The position numbers and the translations under genes were made by a program. Positions 1-10,980 of a DNA stretch of 61,407 bases are shown one piece after another. This DNA is from a virus (lineage: Duplodnaviria; Caudoviricetes), in IMG/VR virus record IMGVR_UViG_3300023174_000176, positions 1-61,407 of that record, one strand, 5' to 3'. Every line of letters starts with the position of its first letter. Within the stretch, counting starts at the first letter, position 1. The notes under the pieces were generated by a model. The model saw nothing but the letters and a program-made list of their open reading frames with translations. It did not search any database and had not been told where the DNA came from.

Positions 1-1
1 T

Positions 2-622
2 CTAAAACAATACATAACCGAAAGTCTTAAAAGTTACAACTATACTATAAAGATTGCTGGTGATGTGGATAAAAACTTTATAGATATGTTTAAATACAAT
101 CTAAACAAGTTTGATCCGATCCGAATCAGCGATCCAGTGAAAACACCTATACAGAAAGATCCATATGGATTTCCTAATTTAGCAAATCAATCTGTAACTA
201 TTATTAAAGCAGACTTTAGATACCCAGCTACTGAACCTATGATTCAGCAAATTGCTCAACTTCTAGGATACAACGTTAACATGGTTCGTGTTATCAGCAG
301 TCAATATGATGATAGCATTAATAGCGAAGCTGAAGGCTATGCTAATGAAATGAAAGATAGCCCACTACTTACACATGAAGAAATGGGTGAGCAACCAGGT
401 GCTAAAGAAGCAAATAAAGCATACGGTGATAGTTATCTATCAAGTATCAAAGACCAAATGAAGGGTTCAACTATTGATATCCCTTATGCAGGACAAAAAA
501 CACCAAACTCGTTTGATCCATTCAAGCCATATTTGGATGATGAAAAAATGGGCGATAAGAGTCCAATGAGTACAATTAAACGCCCACCAAAGCCAGCAAC
601 TGGCGCTAGCGTATCAAAATAA
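2..622 (+). CDS. Putative head/internal virion protein, 5'-truncated by the window edge
   Basis: The frame of ORF 65..622 is open back to base 2 (LKQYITESLKSYNYTIKIAGD). LKQYITE resembles T4-type capsid-targeting N-termini. Confidence 0.6.
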   Translation, partial: LKQYITESLKSYNYTIKIAGDVDKNFIDMFKYNLNKFDPIRISDPVKTPIQKDPYGFPNLANQSVTIIKADFRYPATEPMIQQIAQLLGYNVNMVRVISSQYDDSINSEAEGYANEMKDSPLLTHEEMGEQPGAKEANKAYGDSYLSSIKDQMKGSTIDIPYAGQKTPNSFDPFKPYLDDEKMGDKSPMSTIKRPPKPATGASVSK

Positions 623-636
623 AAGGAACATATAAC

Positions 637-3000
637 ATGGATTTCAAAAGTTTATTATCACAACTAGACCAGTTGAACGAAGCAAAAGAAAAAACTAAAA
701 CTGGCTTAAAGCATACTGCTGAGCCAGGTGGTTACGGTCGTAAAGACGATGAAGATGATGAAGGCAATAAAGTTAAATCTACTGCTGTCAAAAAAGGCAA
801 AGGTCGTCCTAAGAAAGATGCTGATGATTCGGGCGAAACTAAAAAGTATGACTTCAGTGCATTTGGCGTTAAGTCCGGCAAAGATGTTAAACTACCTAAG
901 CATGATAAAAAGAAAACTACAGTAGTTAAAGGTAAATCACAAAGCCATGCCTCTAATAAAGTAGATGACGGTACTGATCCTGGTGAAGAACCTAAAACAA
1001 AGAAAAAAGGTCTAAAAGAATATTTTGATTCACTAGATAAAGCATTGAACGAAGCTGAACAGATTCAAATCAAACCAGCAAGTCAAATGCCTAAAATGCC
1101 TGGTCAGACTTCAATGGGTCAAAAGCCAGCAATGCCAGGTCAACCGCAACAAGTTGCCGGACAACCACAGAAGCAAACACAAGTTATTGCTCAAGGTAAC
1201 AAGACATTAGGCACAGTTGATAACCCACAACTAGCACAACAGATTAAACAATCTATTGGTAAAGGCGAAATGACTTTGATGCCAAATCAAATGCATGAAG
1301 AAGATATTGGTAAGCACAACAATGCTACTACAGGCTTTGACGCATTAGTTCGTAAACTAACACCTAAGTATGGTGCAGAGGCAGCTAAACGTATTGCAGG
1401 TGCACAACTAAAGAAAATCCGTGAAGCCGATCAACCACCAAACGATAGTTTGTTGAGTCCAATCAGTGAAGCACGTGCTAAAGCCGATGACAAAGCTGAA
1501 AAAGCAGGTAAGAAAGTTACTAAAGATTTAGAATACGATATGAAGCACAAAGGTAAGGATGACGATAAAGCCGAGAAAGCCGGCAAGAAAGTTACCAAAG
1601 ATATTGAGTATGATGAGAAACATAAAAAGACAGTAAAAGAAGCGGCTAAGCCAGACTTCTTAGACCTAGACAAAGACGGCAACAAGAAAGAACCAATGAA
1701 AAAAGCCGCAACAGACAAAAAGAAAGTAAAAGAAGGTATGGATCATAGATTAAAGGCAGCCCGCCATATGGGTAAAGCACATGCTCTTACTAAAGAAGGC
1801 TATAATTGCCGTTACGATGACATGGAAGAATCAAGACACTATCACGAAGGCTACAAAGAAGGTCTAGATGAGTGTTATGGTCAAATGCCAATTCAAGGTT
1901 ATGTAGGTGAAGCAAACAATGAAGTAGCTGATATGGCTAGTTATGGTGCACATACACCTACCATGGAAGATGAATTAGATGAAGTCAGCCGCGGTGAATG
2001 GATGAAGCAAAAAGCTAAATCTACCCCTGGAGATACCTTTAAAGCATTTGGACAAACTTTTAAAGATAAAGAAGTTGTAGAAAGTCCATTCTTTGAAGCA
2101 TGGGATAAAGAATTAAATGCTATTTTAGAAGGTAAAGACGTTACTGAAGGTATGACTGTATCTATCAGCAAAGGTCAACAAGGTATGCCCGATTCAGTAA
2201 GTGTTTCAGCACAAGATAGTGAAGCTGACCAATTATTAAGTATTATTAAACAATCTGGTTTAGGTTTGTTTGGTGGAGATGATGCTGGTCAACCTCAATC
2301 AGCACAACCAATGACAGTTGACGGTGGTGAAGGTCCTCAAGCTGATATTGCAGTAGTAGACGACCATGATGACATGTTATCATTAATTCGTAAGATGACT
2401 GGTCAAGGACCTGCACAATCAAACAGTGATTATGAAGAAGAAGGTGGTGAACCTGCTCATTCACATGAAGAAGGTGAAGAAGAACCCTGTAATGAATGCG
2501 GTGGTATGATGGAAGAAGGTCATGCATGTGGTGAAGCAGTTGAAGAAGATGAGTCAATGGATCAACGTGAGTATGAAGTTGCAGAAGAAATTAATCCTAA
2601 CAACAATGATGAAGCTGAAGAAGAACAATCAGATGCTACACGTGATGCCGCACTAGCAACAGCAGCCGGTAAAAACTTTGCTGATACTGATGCTCCGCTT
2701 GAAGAAGGTGGCGACGGTGGAGAAGCGTCTGATGCAGGTGCAGAGGGTGTGGATATAGCTGATGTAGCTGATGAAACACAAGAAGATTTAGAAGAATCAT
2801 TAGCCAATGGTAATGATGACACGTTTGAAACTGATATTGACTTTATGACTAAAGTTATTTCAGGTGGTTTAAACAAGCAAAAATCTACTGGTCAAACAAC
2901 AATTCCAGTTGTATCTACTCAAGTAAATCGTTTAGGTAGCCCAATGAAGGAATCTACTGATTTATTACATGATTGGAAGAAATTAAGTGGTATTAAGTAA
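637..3000 (+). CDS. Large acidic/lysine-rich low-complexity protein, putative prohead core or internal polyprotein
   Basis: 787 aa, AAGGA RBS. Many [ILV]-x-E sites, duplicated DDKAEKAGKKVTKD(L/I)EYD, a DLDKDG loop and a C-terminal KKLSGIK motif. Confidence 0.55.
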   Translation: MDFKSLLSQLDQLNEAKEKTKTGLKHTAEPGGYGRKDDEDDEGNKVKSTAVKKGKGRPKKDADDSGETKKYDFSAFGVKSGKDVKLPKHDKKKTTVVKGKSQSHASNKVDDGTDPGEEPKTKKKGLKEYFDSLDKALNEAEQIQIKPASQMPKMPGQTSMGQKPAMPGQPQQVAGQPQKQTQVIAQGNKTLGTVDNPQLAQQIKQSIGKGEMTLMPNQMHEEDIGKHNNATTGFDALVRKLTPKYGAEAAKRIAGAQLKKIREADQPPNDSLLSPISEARAKADDKAEKAGKKVTKDLEYDMKHKGKDDDKAEKAGKKVTKDIEYDEKHKKTVKEAAKPDFLDLDKDGNKKEPMKKAATDKKKVKEGMDHRLKAARHMGKAHALTKEGYNCRYDDMEESRHYHEGYKEGLDECYGQMPIQGYVGEANNEVADMASYGAHTPTMEDELDEVSRGEWMKQKAKSTPGDTFKAFGQTFKDKEVVESPFFEAWDKELNAILEGKDVTEGMTVSISKGQQGMPDSVSVSAQDSEADQLLSIIKQSGLGLFGGDDAGQPQSAQPMTVDGGEGPQADIAVVDDHDDMLSLIRKMTGQGPAQSNSDYEEEGGEPAHSHEEGEEEPCNECGGMMEEGHACGEAVEEDESMDQREYEVAEEINPNNNDEAEEEQSDATRDAALATAAGKNFADTDAPLEEGGDGGEASDAGAEGVDIADVADETQEDLEESLANGNDDTFETDIDFMTKVISGGLNKQKSTGQTTIPVVSTQVNRLGSPMKESTDLLHDWKKLSGIK
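1486..1614 (+). repeat. Two-copy coding repeat DDKAEKAGKKVTKDxEYD
   Basis: Copies at 1486-1539 and 1561-1614 with mostly synonymous divergence. Confidence 0.85.
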
Positions 3001-3012
3001 TTAATAGTACTC

Positions 3013-3044
3013 AAAAGTACCCGGCAATAGTCGGGTATTTTTTT
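3013..3044 (+). terminator. Intrinsic terminator
   Basis: AAAAGTACCCGGC-AATA-GTCGGGTATTTTT hairpin with T-tract just after the stop at 3000. Confidence 0.75.
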
Positions 3045-3081
3045 GGGCTATAGTCTTTATAAAAAAACGATAAATACTCTA

Positions 3082-3177
3082 TATGACTGTTCCCATTATG
3101 GAAAAATGAGAGTAAGTACAAATATGAAAAGATACCATATGAATAATTGTAAACAGAAAGAGAAGGTGGTAGGATGA
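3082..3177 (+). pseudogene. Remnant of a homing-endonuclease C-terminal zinc finger
   Basis: Translates YDCSHYGKMRVSTNMKRYHMNNCKQKEKVVG*. Matches the CxxC...(R/H)(W/Y)H..xCK tails of the endonucleases at 17911, 19726 and 23203, with the second Cys changed to Tyr. Confidence 0.6.
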
Positions 3178-5597
3178 CCCAGCAGTACATAGATTTTGGT
3201 ACCTTCCCGGATGATCCAGATGCGGATGCCATCAGAACGGCATTCCAAAAAGTACAAAATAACTTCAATGAATTATATGCAACAACAACTAGTGGTTCAG
3301 TAACATCTGTTAATGGTGGTGCAGGAGTTAGTGTTAATACACCTACCGGCAACGTTATTGTTTCTGCAAATATTGCATGTGTTCAAGTAGCAACATCATC
3401 ATTAAGTATAGGTATAGGTGGTAATGGACTTACTACTGCAATACTAAGTAACACTTCACAAACATTATATATAGATATAAACCCATCAAATGTTTTTTCA
3501 GCTAATTTTGCAGCCAATTCAAGTGGTGGATTAGCAAATATAACCGGAACACTAACAGCCGCAGCCAGTAGTCAGCCCAATCTAACAACCGCGGCCAATT
3601 TAACAACAATAGGTACACTAGGTAATTTAACTGTAACCGGCAATATAACTGGTGGTAATTTAGTAACAGCTAATTATTTAACAGGTGTATTAACTTCATC
3701 ATCTCAACCAAACATTACTACTATAGGAAATTTAGGTAATCTCGTAGTTACTGTTAATAGTAATTTAGGTAACTTAGCAACAGCTAACTTCTTTAGTGGT
3801 GATGGTGGATTACTAAGTAATATACAGGTTACAGCAGGAACCTCAATTATTAATGGTACAAGTAATGTAGTAGTGGGAGCAAGTAGTAATGTTAACATTA
3901 GTGTAGCAGGTAATACTAACGTTATTACTGTCACTGGCACCGGTGTAAATGTAACTGGATATTTAACATCATCTGGTAATATTACAGCAACTAATGCAAG
4001 TTTAGGTAATGCAGTAACTGCTAATTTCTTTATTGGTAGTGGTGCAAATTTAACAAATATTGCAGGTGCCAATGTATCAGGTACCGTAGCTAATGCAACA
4101 TATGCCGTGACAGCTGGTACCGCTAATTCAGTTAGTGGAAGTAATGTTTCCGGTGCAGTAAGTTATGCAACAACAGCAAATAGTGTAGCCGGTGCTAATG
4201 TATCAGGTGCTGTTAGTTTAGCTACATCTGCAACAACAGCAAATAGTGTAGCCGGTGCTAATGTATCAGGTGATGTAGCTAATGCTACATATGCAACTAG
4301 TGCAGGTAGTGCTACAAGTGCTACTACTGCAGGTACCGTAACAACTGCGGCACAACCAAATATAACAAGCGTTGGCACATTAAGTACACTAGCAGTTACA
4401 GGTAATATAACAAGTGAAAATGTAAATGCAACTGGTAATATTTCAGCGGTAAACTTTATTGGTAATCTTGTTGGAAATATTTCAGGTAATATCGTAGTTC
4501 CGGGAAGTAACACCGAAGTATTATTCAATAATAATGGATCTGCTGGTACAAGTAACGCTTTCACTTTTAATCAGTCTAGCAATGTAATGACATTGAGTGG
4601 AAATATTATTACTGGGAACGTATTTGCCAACTCAGGCACAATACGTGCCACAACAGTTACTGGTACATTAACAACTAATGCTCAACCAAATATTACAAGT
4701 GTGGGGACGTTAACTGGGTTAACTGTTAGTGGTGTAACTAATTTAGGTAGTAATAGTAATGTAATTATTACCGGCGGTAATGCTAATGCATTTTTAATGA
4801 CAAATGGTTCAGGTAATTTGTCATGGATTTCTGGTACAGTATCACCTGTACCGGGTAGTAATACACAAGTTGTCTTTAACGAGGCGGGCAGTTTCTCAGC
4901 TAATTCTGGGTTAACATTTAATAAAACAACAAGTACATTATCTGTTGCTAACATCACCGGAAATCTGACAACTAGTACACAAGCTAATATCACTGAAATA
5001 GGTACATTAAAATATTTAATTGTTAGTACTGCAAATGGTGGTACAGGTAATATTAATGCAATTAATGTTATTGGTACACATTATGGTGCGGCAACTGGAT
5101 TAACTTCTATACCCGGAGCCAATGTATCAGGTACTGTAGCTAACGCTACATATGCAACTAGTGCAGGTAATGCTACTACCGCAGGTACTGTGACTACTAA
5201 TGCTCAACCAAATATTACAAGTGTTGGTACGTTAGCTAATTTAACAGTAGGTAATACAATTACATCCAATGGTACTTCTGTATTATCAGTATTTTCTAGA
5301 CGAACAAGTATATCGGTTACTACAAATACAATAATTGATACTTTCCCTACAAATTCATACCGAGTAGCAAAATATACAATACGTGCTTCTGATACAACCG
5401 GCTATCAGGCTATTGAGGTTCTGTTAGTCCATAACGGAATAAATAGTACTATAACTGTATATGGAAGTTTATCAACTACAAATAATGATATTATAACAAT
5501 TAGTACAGATATTAGTGCTGGAAATGTAAATGTTTATGCCAATGCTGTGGGTTCTAGTACAACGGTAAATTTAATAGGAACTTATGTTCCAGATTAA
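3174..5597 (+). CDS. Tail fibre, baseplate-proximal
   Basis: N-terminal FPDDPDADAIRTAFQKVQNNF resembles T4 gp9/gp10-type anchors. Contains AQPNITSVGTL repeats and a C-terminal IDTF..YR.AKY domain. Confidence 0.7.
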   Translation: MTQQYIDFGTFPDDPDADAIRTAFQKVQNNFNELYATTTSGSVTSVNGGAGVSVNTPTGNVIVSANIACVQVATSSLSIGIGGNGLTTAILSNTSQTLYIDINPSNVFSANFAANSSGGLANITGTLTAAASSQPNLTTAANLTTIGTLGNLTVTGNITGGNLVTANYLTGVLTSSSQPNITTIGNLGNLVVTVNSNLGNLATANFFSGDGGLLSNIQVTAGTSIINGTSNVVVGASSNVNISVAGNTNVITVTGTGVNVTGYLTSSGNITATNASLGNAVTANFFIGSGANLTNIAGANVSGTVANATYAVTAGTANSVSGSNVSGAVSYATTANSVAGANVSGAVSLATSATTANSVAGANVSGDVANATYATSAGSATSATTAGTVTTAAQPNITSVGTLSTLAVTGNITSENVNATGNISAVNFIGNLVGNISGNIVVPGSNTEVLFNNNGSAGTSNAFTFNQSSNVMTLSGNIITGNVFANSGTIRATTVTGTLTTNAQPNITSVGTLTGLTVSGVTNLGSNSNVIITGGNANAFLMTNGSGNLSWISGTVSPVPGSNTQVVFNEAGSFSANSGLTFNKTTSTLSVANITGNLTTSTQANITEIGTLKYLIVSTANGGTGNINAINVIGTHYGAATGLTSIPGANVSGTVANATYATSAGNATTAGTVTTNAQPNITSVGTLANLTVGNTITSNGTSVLSVFSRRTSISVTTNTIIDTFPTNSYRVAKYTIRASDTTGYQAIEVLLVHNGINSTITVYGSLSTTNNDIITISTDISAGNVNVYANAVGSSTTVNLIGTYVPD

Positions 5598-5626
5598 TCA
5601 ATAAAAATAATTTCAAAAGGTAAAAA

Positions 5627-8272
5627 ATGACTACAAAAAATTTCGTTGTTAAAAATGGTGTTACTACAGGTAATATTATTTTAGATGCGGCCACGGGTAA
5701 TATAACATCAACTAATGCTAATTTAGGTAATGCAGTAATTGCTAACTACTTTATAGGTAACTTTCAGGGTAATCTTCAAGTAGCAGGTGGAAACACACAA
5801 GTAGTATTTAATGATGATGGTAATGCAAATACAAGTGCAGCCTTCACGTTTAATAAAACTAATAATACTGTAAGTATATCAAATGTATTATCGGTAACTG
5901 GTAATATTACTGGTGGTAATGTAAATACTACTAGAGTAACTGCTAGTACCTTAGTAAGTAATGTTGCGACAGGTACTGCACCTTTTACTGTTACAAGTAC
6001 AACACAAGTTGCTAATTTAAATGTAGCCACTGCAGGTACAGCAACTTCAGCTACAAATGCAGCCGCATTGTTACAGAACACATCAACTGCTACCACTGTT
6101 TACCCAACATTCACTACTTCATCTGCAAATGGAAATTCATCAGTAGTTATTAATACATCCATTAATGCTAATTTAGGTAATGCATCAATTACTGCTACCA
6201 CATTTGTTGGTGCTTTATCTGGTGCAGCTACAACAGCAACAACAGCAGGTACTGTAACCACTAATGCTCAACCAAACATAACAAGTACCGGTACATTAAC
6301 AAGTTTAACTGTATCAGGTACATCTAATTTAGGTCCTGTTGGTAATGTAACTATTACTGGTGGATCATCCGGTCAATATTTACAAACAAATGGTTCAGGT
6401 ACATTAACTTGGGCAGCCGTACCAACTGGTACAGGAATTAGTAGTGGTACAAGTAATGTAAATATTCCAGTAGCTAATGGCAATATTAACATGACGGTTG
6501 GCGGAAATGCAAATATATTAGTAATAACTGGTACTGGTGCAAATATTACAGGTACATTTAGTGTTTCTGCAAATGCTAACGTTGGTAATTTGGGTACTGC
6601 AGGTTTGATTACTGCTACCGGCAACGTATCTGGTGGTAATTTAACTACAGCCGGTGCAGTAGCCGCTACTGGTAACGTCTCAGGTGGCAATCTAACTACA
6701 GGTGGCGCAGTAGTTGCTACTGGTAACGTGTCCGGTGGTAATCTAACTACAGCTGGTATATTAAGTGTAACTGGTACAGGTGTCAGTAGTATTGCTGGTA
6801 ACCTAGACATGACTGGTAACACGATTATCAATCTCGCAACACCAACTAGCTCAACTGATGCAGCCACAAAACAATATGTTGATGATGTTGCTCAAGGATT
6901 GAATATACATGATGCGGCCGCGGCAGCAACACCGGCTACATTAGCATCTATTACTAGCGGAACAATTACTTATAATAACGGAACTAGTGGGGTTGGTGCA
7001 ACATTAACAACATCAACATCATATACAACTATTGATAGTGTAAACATAGCTACTATTGGCACAAGAATTCTTGTTAAGAACGAAGCAAACGCAGTACATA
7101 ATGGTGTCTATACTTACTCAAGTAGTACAGTACTTACACGTGCAACTGACTATGACTCTGTTCCAGAAGTAGAAGCAGGTGATTTCATATTCGTAACCGG
7201 CGGTACATTGTATGATAACACCGGCTGGGTACAAACTTCTACAGTAACAGCAGTTGGTACTGCTGGTAATACAATTGACTTTACACAATTCTCAGGTGCA
7301 GGCACTTATCAAGCAGGTACTGGTTTAACACTAACTGGTTCAACATTTAGCGTAAATGCTAGCCAAACTCAGATTACTACTGTAGGCACATTGGGTACAC
7401 TAACGGTAAGTGGTAACGCTAACGTTGGTAATTTGGGTACTGCTGGACTAATAGTAGCTACTGGTAATGTATCTGGTGGTAATCTAACTACAGGAGGCGC
7501 AGTAGTTGCTACTGGTAATGTCTCAGGTGGCAATGTTAATGCAACAACTGCGGTAGTAGCAAGTACGTTAACTTCAAATGTAGCAACAGGTACAGCCCCT
7601 ATTACAGTAAGTAGTACAACACGTGTTAATAACTTGAACGTTGCTTATGCTAACGTTGCTGACTTCACTAATGTTACAACACAAACTAGCGGTAATGCAT
7701 ATCTACTGTTAGGTAATGCATTAACTGGCAATATAGCTGAAACAGCAAATTCAGTATTTGTTGCTAATACTAGCAATGGTGCATTATATGCAACAACATT
7801 TGTTGGATCTTTCTCAGGAGCAGCAAGCACGGCAGCTACAGTAACAACTAATGCTCAACCAAATATTACAAGTACTGGTACATTAACTTCATTAACGGTA
7901 TCAGGTAATGTAACTTCAGGTAATTTGATTACAACTAACGCATTATTATCTAGTATACAAAGTAATAGAGCTAATGTATCAGTAACTACAAATACTGTTA
8001 TTGATCAATTTGCACCAGCTACATACAGATCGGCTAAATACGTTATCAGTGCTTCAAGTGCAAATGGATTTCAATCAGTTGAAGCAATATTAGTACATAA
8101 TGGAACCGATAGTTTTGTAACAATCTATGCTTCAGTATGCTCTAATGCAACAGCAGATATTGTTGACATTAGTAGCAATATTAACGGTGTGTCAGGGAAT
8201 ACTACATTATATGCTACTAGCTCAGGCGGTACAGCAACAGTTAATTTAGTAGCAACTTACTTAAAAACTTAA
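5627..8272 (+). CDS. Tail fibre protein
   Basis: N/T/G-rich, with AQPNITS and ATGNVSGGNLTT repeats and a DAATKQYVD fibre motif. C-terminal domain is homologous to that of 3174..5597. Confidence 0.75.
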   Translation: MTTKNFVVKNGVTTGNIILDAATGNITSTNANLGNAVIANYFIGNFQGNLQVAGGNTQVVFNDDGNANTSAAFTFNKTNNTVSISNVLSVTGNITGGNVNTTRVTASTLVSNVATGTAPFTVTSTTQVANLNVATAGTATSATNAAALLQNTSTATTVYPTFTTSSANGNSSVVINTSINANLGNASITATTFVGALSGAATTATTAGTVTTNAQPNITSTGTLTSLTVSGTSNLGPVGNVTITGGSSGQYLQTNGSGTLTWAAVPTGTGISSGTSNVNIPVANGNINMTVGGNANILVITGTGANITGTFSVSANANVGNLGTAGLITATGNVSGGNLTTAGAVAATGNVSGGNLTTGGAVVATGNVSGGNLTTAGILSVTGTGVSSIAGNLDMTGNTIINLATPTSSTDAATKQYVDDVAQGLNIHDAAAAATPATLASITSGTITYNNGTSGVGATLTTSTSYTTIDSVNIATIGTRILVKNEANAVHNGVYTYSSSTVLTRATDYDSVPEVEAGDFIFVTGGTLYDNTGWVQTSTVTAVGTAGNTIDFTQFSGAGTYQAGTGLTLTGSTFSVNASQTQITTVGTLGTLTVSGNANVGNLGTAGLIVATGNVSGGNLTTGGAVVATGNVSGGNVNATTAVVASTLTSNVATGTAPITVSSTTRVNNLNVAYANVADFTNVTTQTSGNAYLLLGNALTGNIAETANSVFVANTSNGALYATTFVGSFSGAASTAATVTTNAQPNITSTGTLTSLTVSGNVTSGNLITTNALLSSIQSNRANVSVTTNTVIDQFAPATYRSAKYVISASSANGFQSVEAILVHNGTDSFVTIYASVCSNATADIVDISSNINGVSGNTTLYATSSGGTATVNLVATYLKT

Positions 8273-8304
8273 TCTAACAATAATTTAACAGGGAAAATGG
8301 AACT

Positions 8305-10341
8305 GTGACTACAAAATACTTTAAAGCAATATACGGTTTTACTACCGGTACAGCAATCACTTTGGACGCAAGTTCGGGTAATATATCAGCAAATAATGCT
8401 AATGTAACTAATCAACTAATATCAACCGTAGCAACCGGAACTGCTCCATTAGCTGTAACTAGTACAACACGAGTTAATAACTTGAACGTTGCTTATGCTA
8501 ACGTTGCAGATAATATTAATGTAACTGCACCTGGTACGGGTACTGGTTATATTATATTTGCTAATGCAACTACAGGGAATGTTGCTGAATGGACAAGTAG
8601 CGGAATTACATCAAACTTAGCAAATAGCTCAATTACAGCTACTACATTTGTTGGTTCGTTAAGTGGTACTGCAACATCAGCAACTACTGCAACTACCGCT
8701 ACATCAGCAACAACAGCAACAAATGCATCAGCATTATTAACAACATTAACATCTACTGGTACGGCTTTCATTCCGTTTATAAGTGCAACAGCAAACGGCA
8801 ATTATGCACATTTATCCAATGCAAATTTTTCTGCTAATTTAGCAAATGGAGCCATAACTGCTACCACATTTGTTGGTGCTCTAAGTGGTGCGGCAAGTAG
8901 TGTTACTAATGCATTGACCATTGGTTCAGGGTTGGGAGGCACTAGCTATAATGGAAGTTCTGCTGTAACAATTACTAATACAGGTGTTACTAGTATAGTA
9001 GCCGGAACAAATATATCAGTAAGTGGTGCAACTGGCGCAGTTACTGTAAATGTATCAGGTACGGTCGCCAACGCAACATACGCAAATAGTGCGGGCACTG
9101 CTACATCAGCAACAACAGCAACAAATGCATCAGCATTATTAACAACATTAACATCTACTGGTACGGCTTTCATTCCATTCATAAGTGCAACAGCGAATGG
9201 AAACTATGCACATTTATCTAATGCAAATTTTTCTGCTAATTTAGCAAATGGAGCCATAACTGCTACCACATTTGTTGGTGCTTTATCTGGCGCGGCAACT
9301 AGTGCAGGTAGTGTAACTAATGCAGTAACATTTAATAATGGAGGTACAGGAGATGTATCAGGTACTACATTTAATGGTAGTGCGGCAAGAACTATATCAT
9401 ATAATTCAGTTGGTGCACCTAGTACAACTGGTACTAATGCTAGTGGTACCTGGAGTATTAATGTTACTGGTAGTGCAGGTAGTGCTACAACAGCAGGTAG
9501 TGCTACAACAGCAGGCACAGTAACAACTGCAGCACAAGGTAACATCACAAGTGTTGGTACATTAACTAGTTTGGGGATATCAGGTTCAATAACATCAACT
9601 GCGGCTACTTGTTTGACAACTACAGTAACTGGTACAAATAGCGCAAACTTGATCTATGGTAATATGGGTGACAACGATCAATTCCGTATTTTAGTTGGTG
9701 CTACTGCAACTAATGCAGGTTTTGTTGAAATTGCTACTGCAGATGATGGCACAGAGCCAATATATGTTCGTCAATATACTGGTGTATTCACATCATTAGC
9801 TCGTACTGCTACGTTGCTTGACGGTTCTGGCAACACTAGCTTCCCAGGATCAGTAACAGCAGGTGGATTTGTACAAACAACATCACTAACTACCGGGGCA
9901 ACAGCAACAGCAGGTACAATTACTGGTAATTGGTCGTTGGGTTCTGGCTCTAGACTAAATGCAACATACGCTGACTTGGCAGAAAAATATACTTCTGATG
10001 CTGATTATGAACCAGGAACAGTTTTAGTATTTGGCGGTGAACATGAGGTTACATTGTCAACTGATTCAGATTCATTCAGAGTAGCCGGTGTAGTAACAAC
10101 TAATCCGGCATATACTATGAACAATGATTGTGTAGGTGAATACGTTGCTACTATTGCTCTACAAGGACGTGTACCGGTTAAAGTAATCGGACCAGTCTAT
10201 AAAGGTGATTTGTTAGTATCATGTAATAATGGATATGCAGTTGCTAATAACATAGCACGTGCCGGTACTATCATTGGTAAATCATTAGAAAACTTTACAG
10301 ATGTTTCGGGCATTATTGAAGTAGCAGTTGGTCGCTTCTAA
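8305..10341 (+). CDS. Distal tail fibre with C-terminal intramolecular-chaperone (Peptidase G2-like) domain
   Basis: GTG start. C-terminus YADLAEKY...GRVPVKV...KGDLLV...IIGK is the pattern of auto-cleaving fibre chaperones. Confidence 0.7.
   Translation: MTTKYFKAIYGFTTGTAITLDASSGNISANNANVTNQLISTVATGTAPLAVTSTTRVNNLNVAYANVADNINVTAPGTGTGYIIFANATTGNVAEWTSSGITSNLANSSITATTFVGSLSGTATSATTATTATSATTATNASALLTTLTSTGTAFIPFISATANGNYAHLSNANFSANLANGAITATTFVGALSGAASSVTNALTIGSGLGGTSYNGSSAVTITNTGVTSIVAGTNISVSGATGAVTVNVSGTVANATYANSAGTATSATTATNASALLTTLTSTGTAFIPFISATANGNYAHLSNANFSANLANGAITATTFVGALSGAATSAGSVTNAVTFNNGGTGDVSGTTFNGSAARTISYNSVGAPSTTGTNASGTWSINVTGSAGSATTAGSATTAGTVTTAAQGNITSVGTLTSLGISGSITSTAATCLTTTVTGTNSANLIYGNMGDNDQFRILVGATATNAGFVEIATADDGTEPIYVRQYTGVFTSLARTATLLDGSGNTSFPGSVTAGGFVQTTSLTTGATATAGTITGNWSLGSGSRLNATYADLAEKYTSDADYEPGTVLVFGGEHEVTLSTDSDSFRVAGVVTTNPAYTMNNDCVGEYVATIALQGRVPVKVIGPVYKGDLLVSCNNGYAVANNIARAGTIIGKSLENFTDVSGIIEVAVGRF
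8698..9282 (+). repeat. Near-identical 183-nt direct repeat inside the fibre gene
   Basis: 8698-8880 and 9100-9282 both encode ATSATTATNASALLTTLTSTGTAFIPFISATANGNYAHLSNANFSANLANGAITATTFVGA. Confidence 0.9.
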
Positions 10342-10355
10342 TAAAAGGAAAATAA

Positions 10356-10979
10356 ATGGTAACAATAGAATTATTAACAGCAATGTGTCCAAAAACAAAA
10401 CGCTCTATATTAGAGAGTTATGTTGAACCATTAAACACAGTAGCAGAATACTACGAGATGTTTGAGAACCCTCGCCGTGTTGCAGGTTTCTTAGCACAAA
10501 TAGCACACGAATCAGGTGGCTTCAATGCCGTCATTGAAAATTTAAACTATTCAGCAAAAGGTTTGATGGGTACTTTTAAGAAGTATTTTCCTACAGAAGA
10601 ACTAGCAAAGCAATATGAACGCAAGCCAGAAATGATTGCTAATCGTGTTTATGCTAATCGTATGAAGAACGGTGATGAGAACTCAGGAGATGGATTTAGA
10701 TTCAGAGGTCGCGGATTAATTCAATTGACTGGTCGTGATAATTATACACGTTTTGCAGAAGCATTAGATATGAGTATTGAAGATACTGTAAGATATTTAG
10801 AGACACCAAACGGTGCTGTTGCTAGTGCTGGCTGGTTTTGGGATAATAACAAACTAAATCAGTTCTGTGATAAAGACGATTTCATTACATTAACTAAACG
10901 TATTAATGGTGGAACTATTGGTTTAGAAGATAGAAAACATCACTATCATTTAGCATTACAACATTTAGGCGCACATTAA
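10356..10979 (+). CDS. Glycoside hydrolase family 19 endolysin
   Basis: FLAQIAHESGGF, ENLNYSA, FRGRGLIQLTGRDNY and TKRINGG motifs. Confidence 0.9.
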   Translation: MVTIELLTAMCPKTKRSILESYVEPLNTVAEYYEMFENPRRVAGFLAQIAHESGGFNAVIENLNYSAKGLMGTFKKYFPTEELAKQYERKPEMIANRVYANRMKNGDENSGDGFRFRGRGLIQLTGRDNYTRFAEALDMSIEDTVRYLETPNGAVASAGWFWDNNKLNQFCDKDDFITLTKRINGGTIGLEDRKHHYHLALQHLGAH

Positions 10980-10980
10980 T

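Noticed and set aside
3011-3352. Minus-strand 113-aa ORF
   Set aside because: Overlaps the fibre start, promoter and terminator; no recognisable motif.
3704-9548. Minus-strand ORFs within the fibre genes
   Set aside because: Antisense shadows of low-complexity plus-strand codons.
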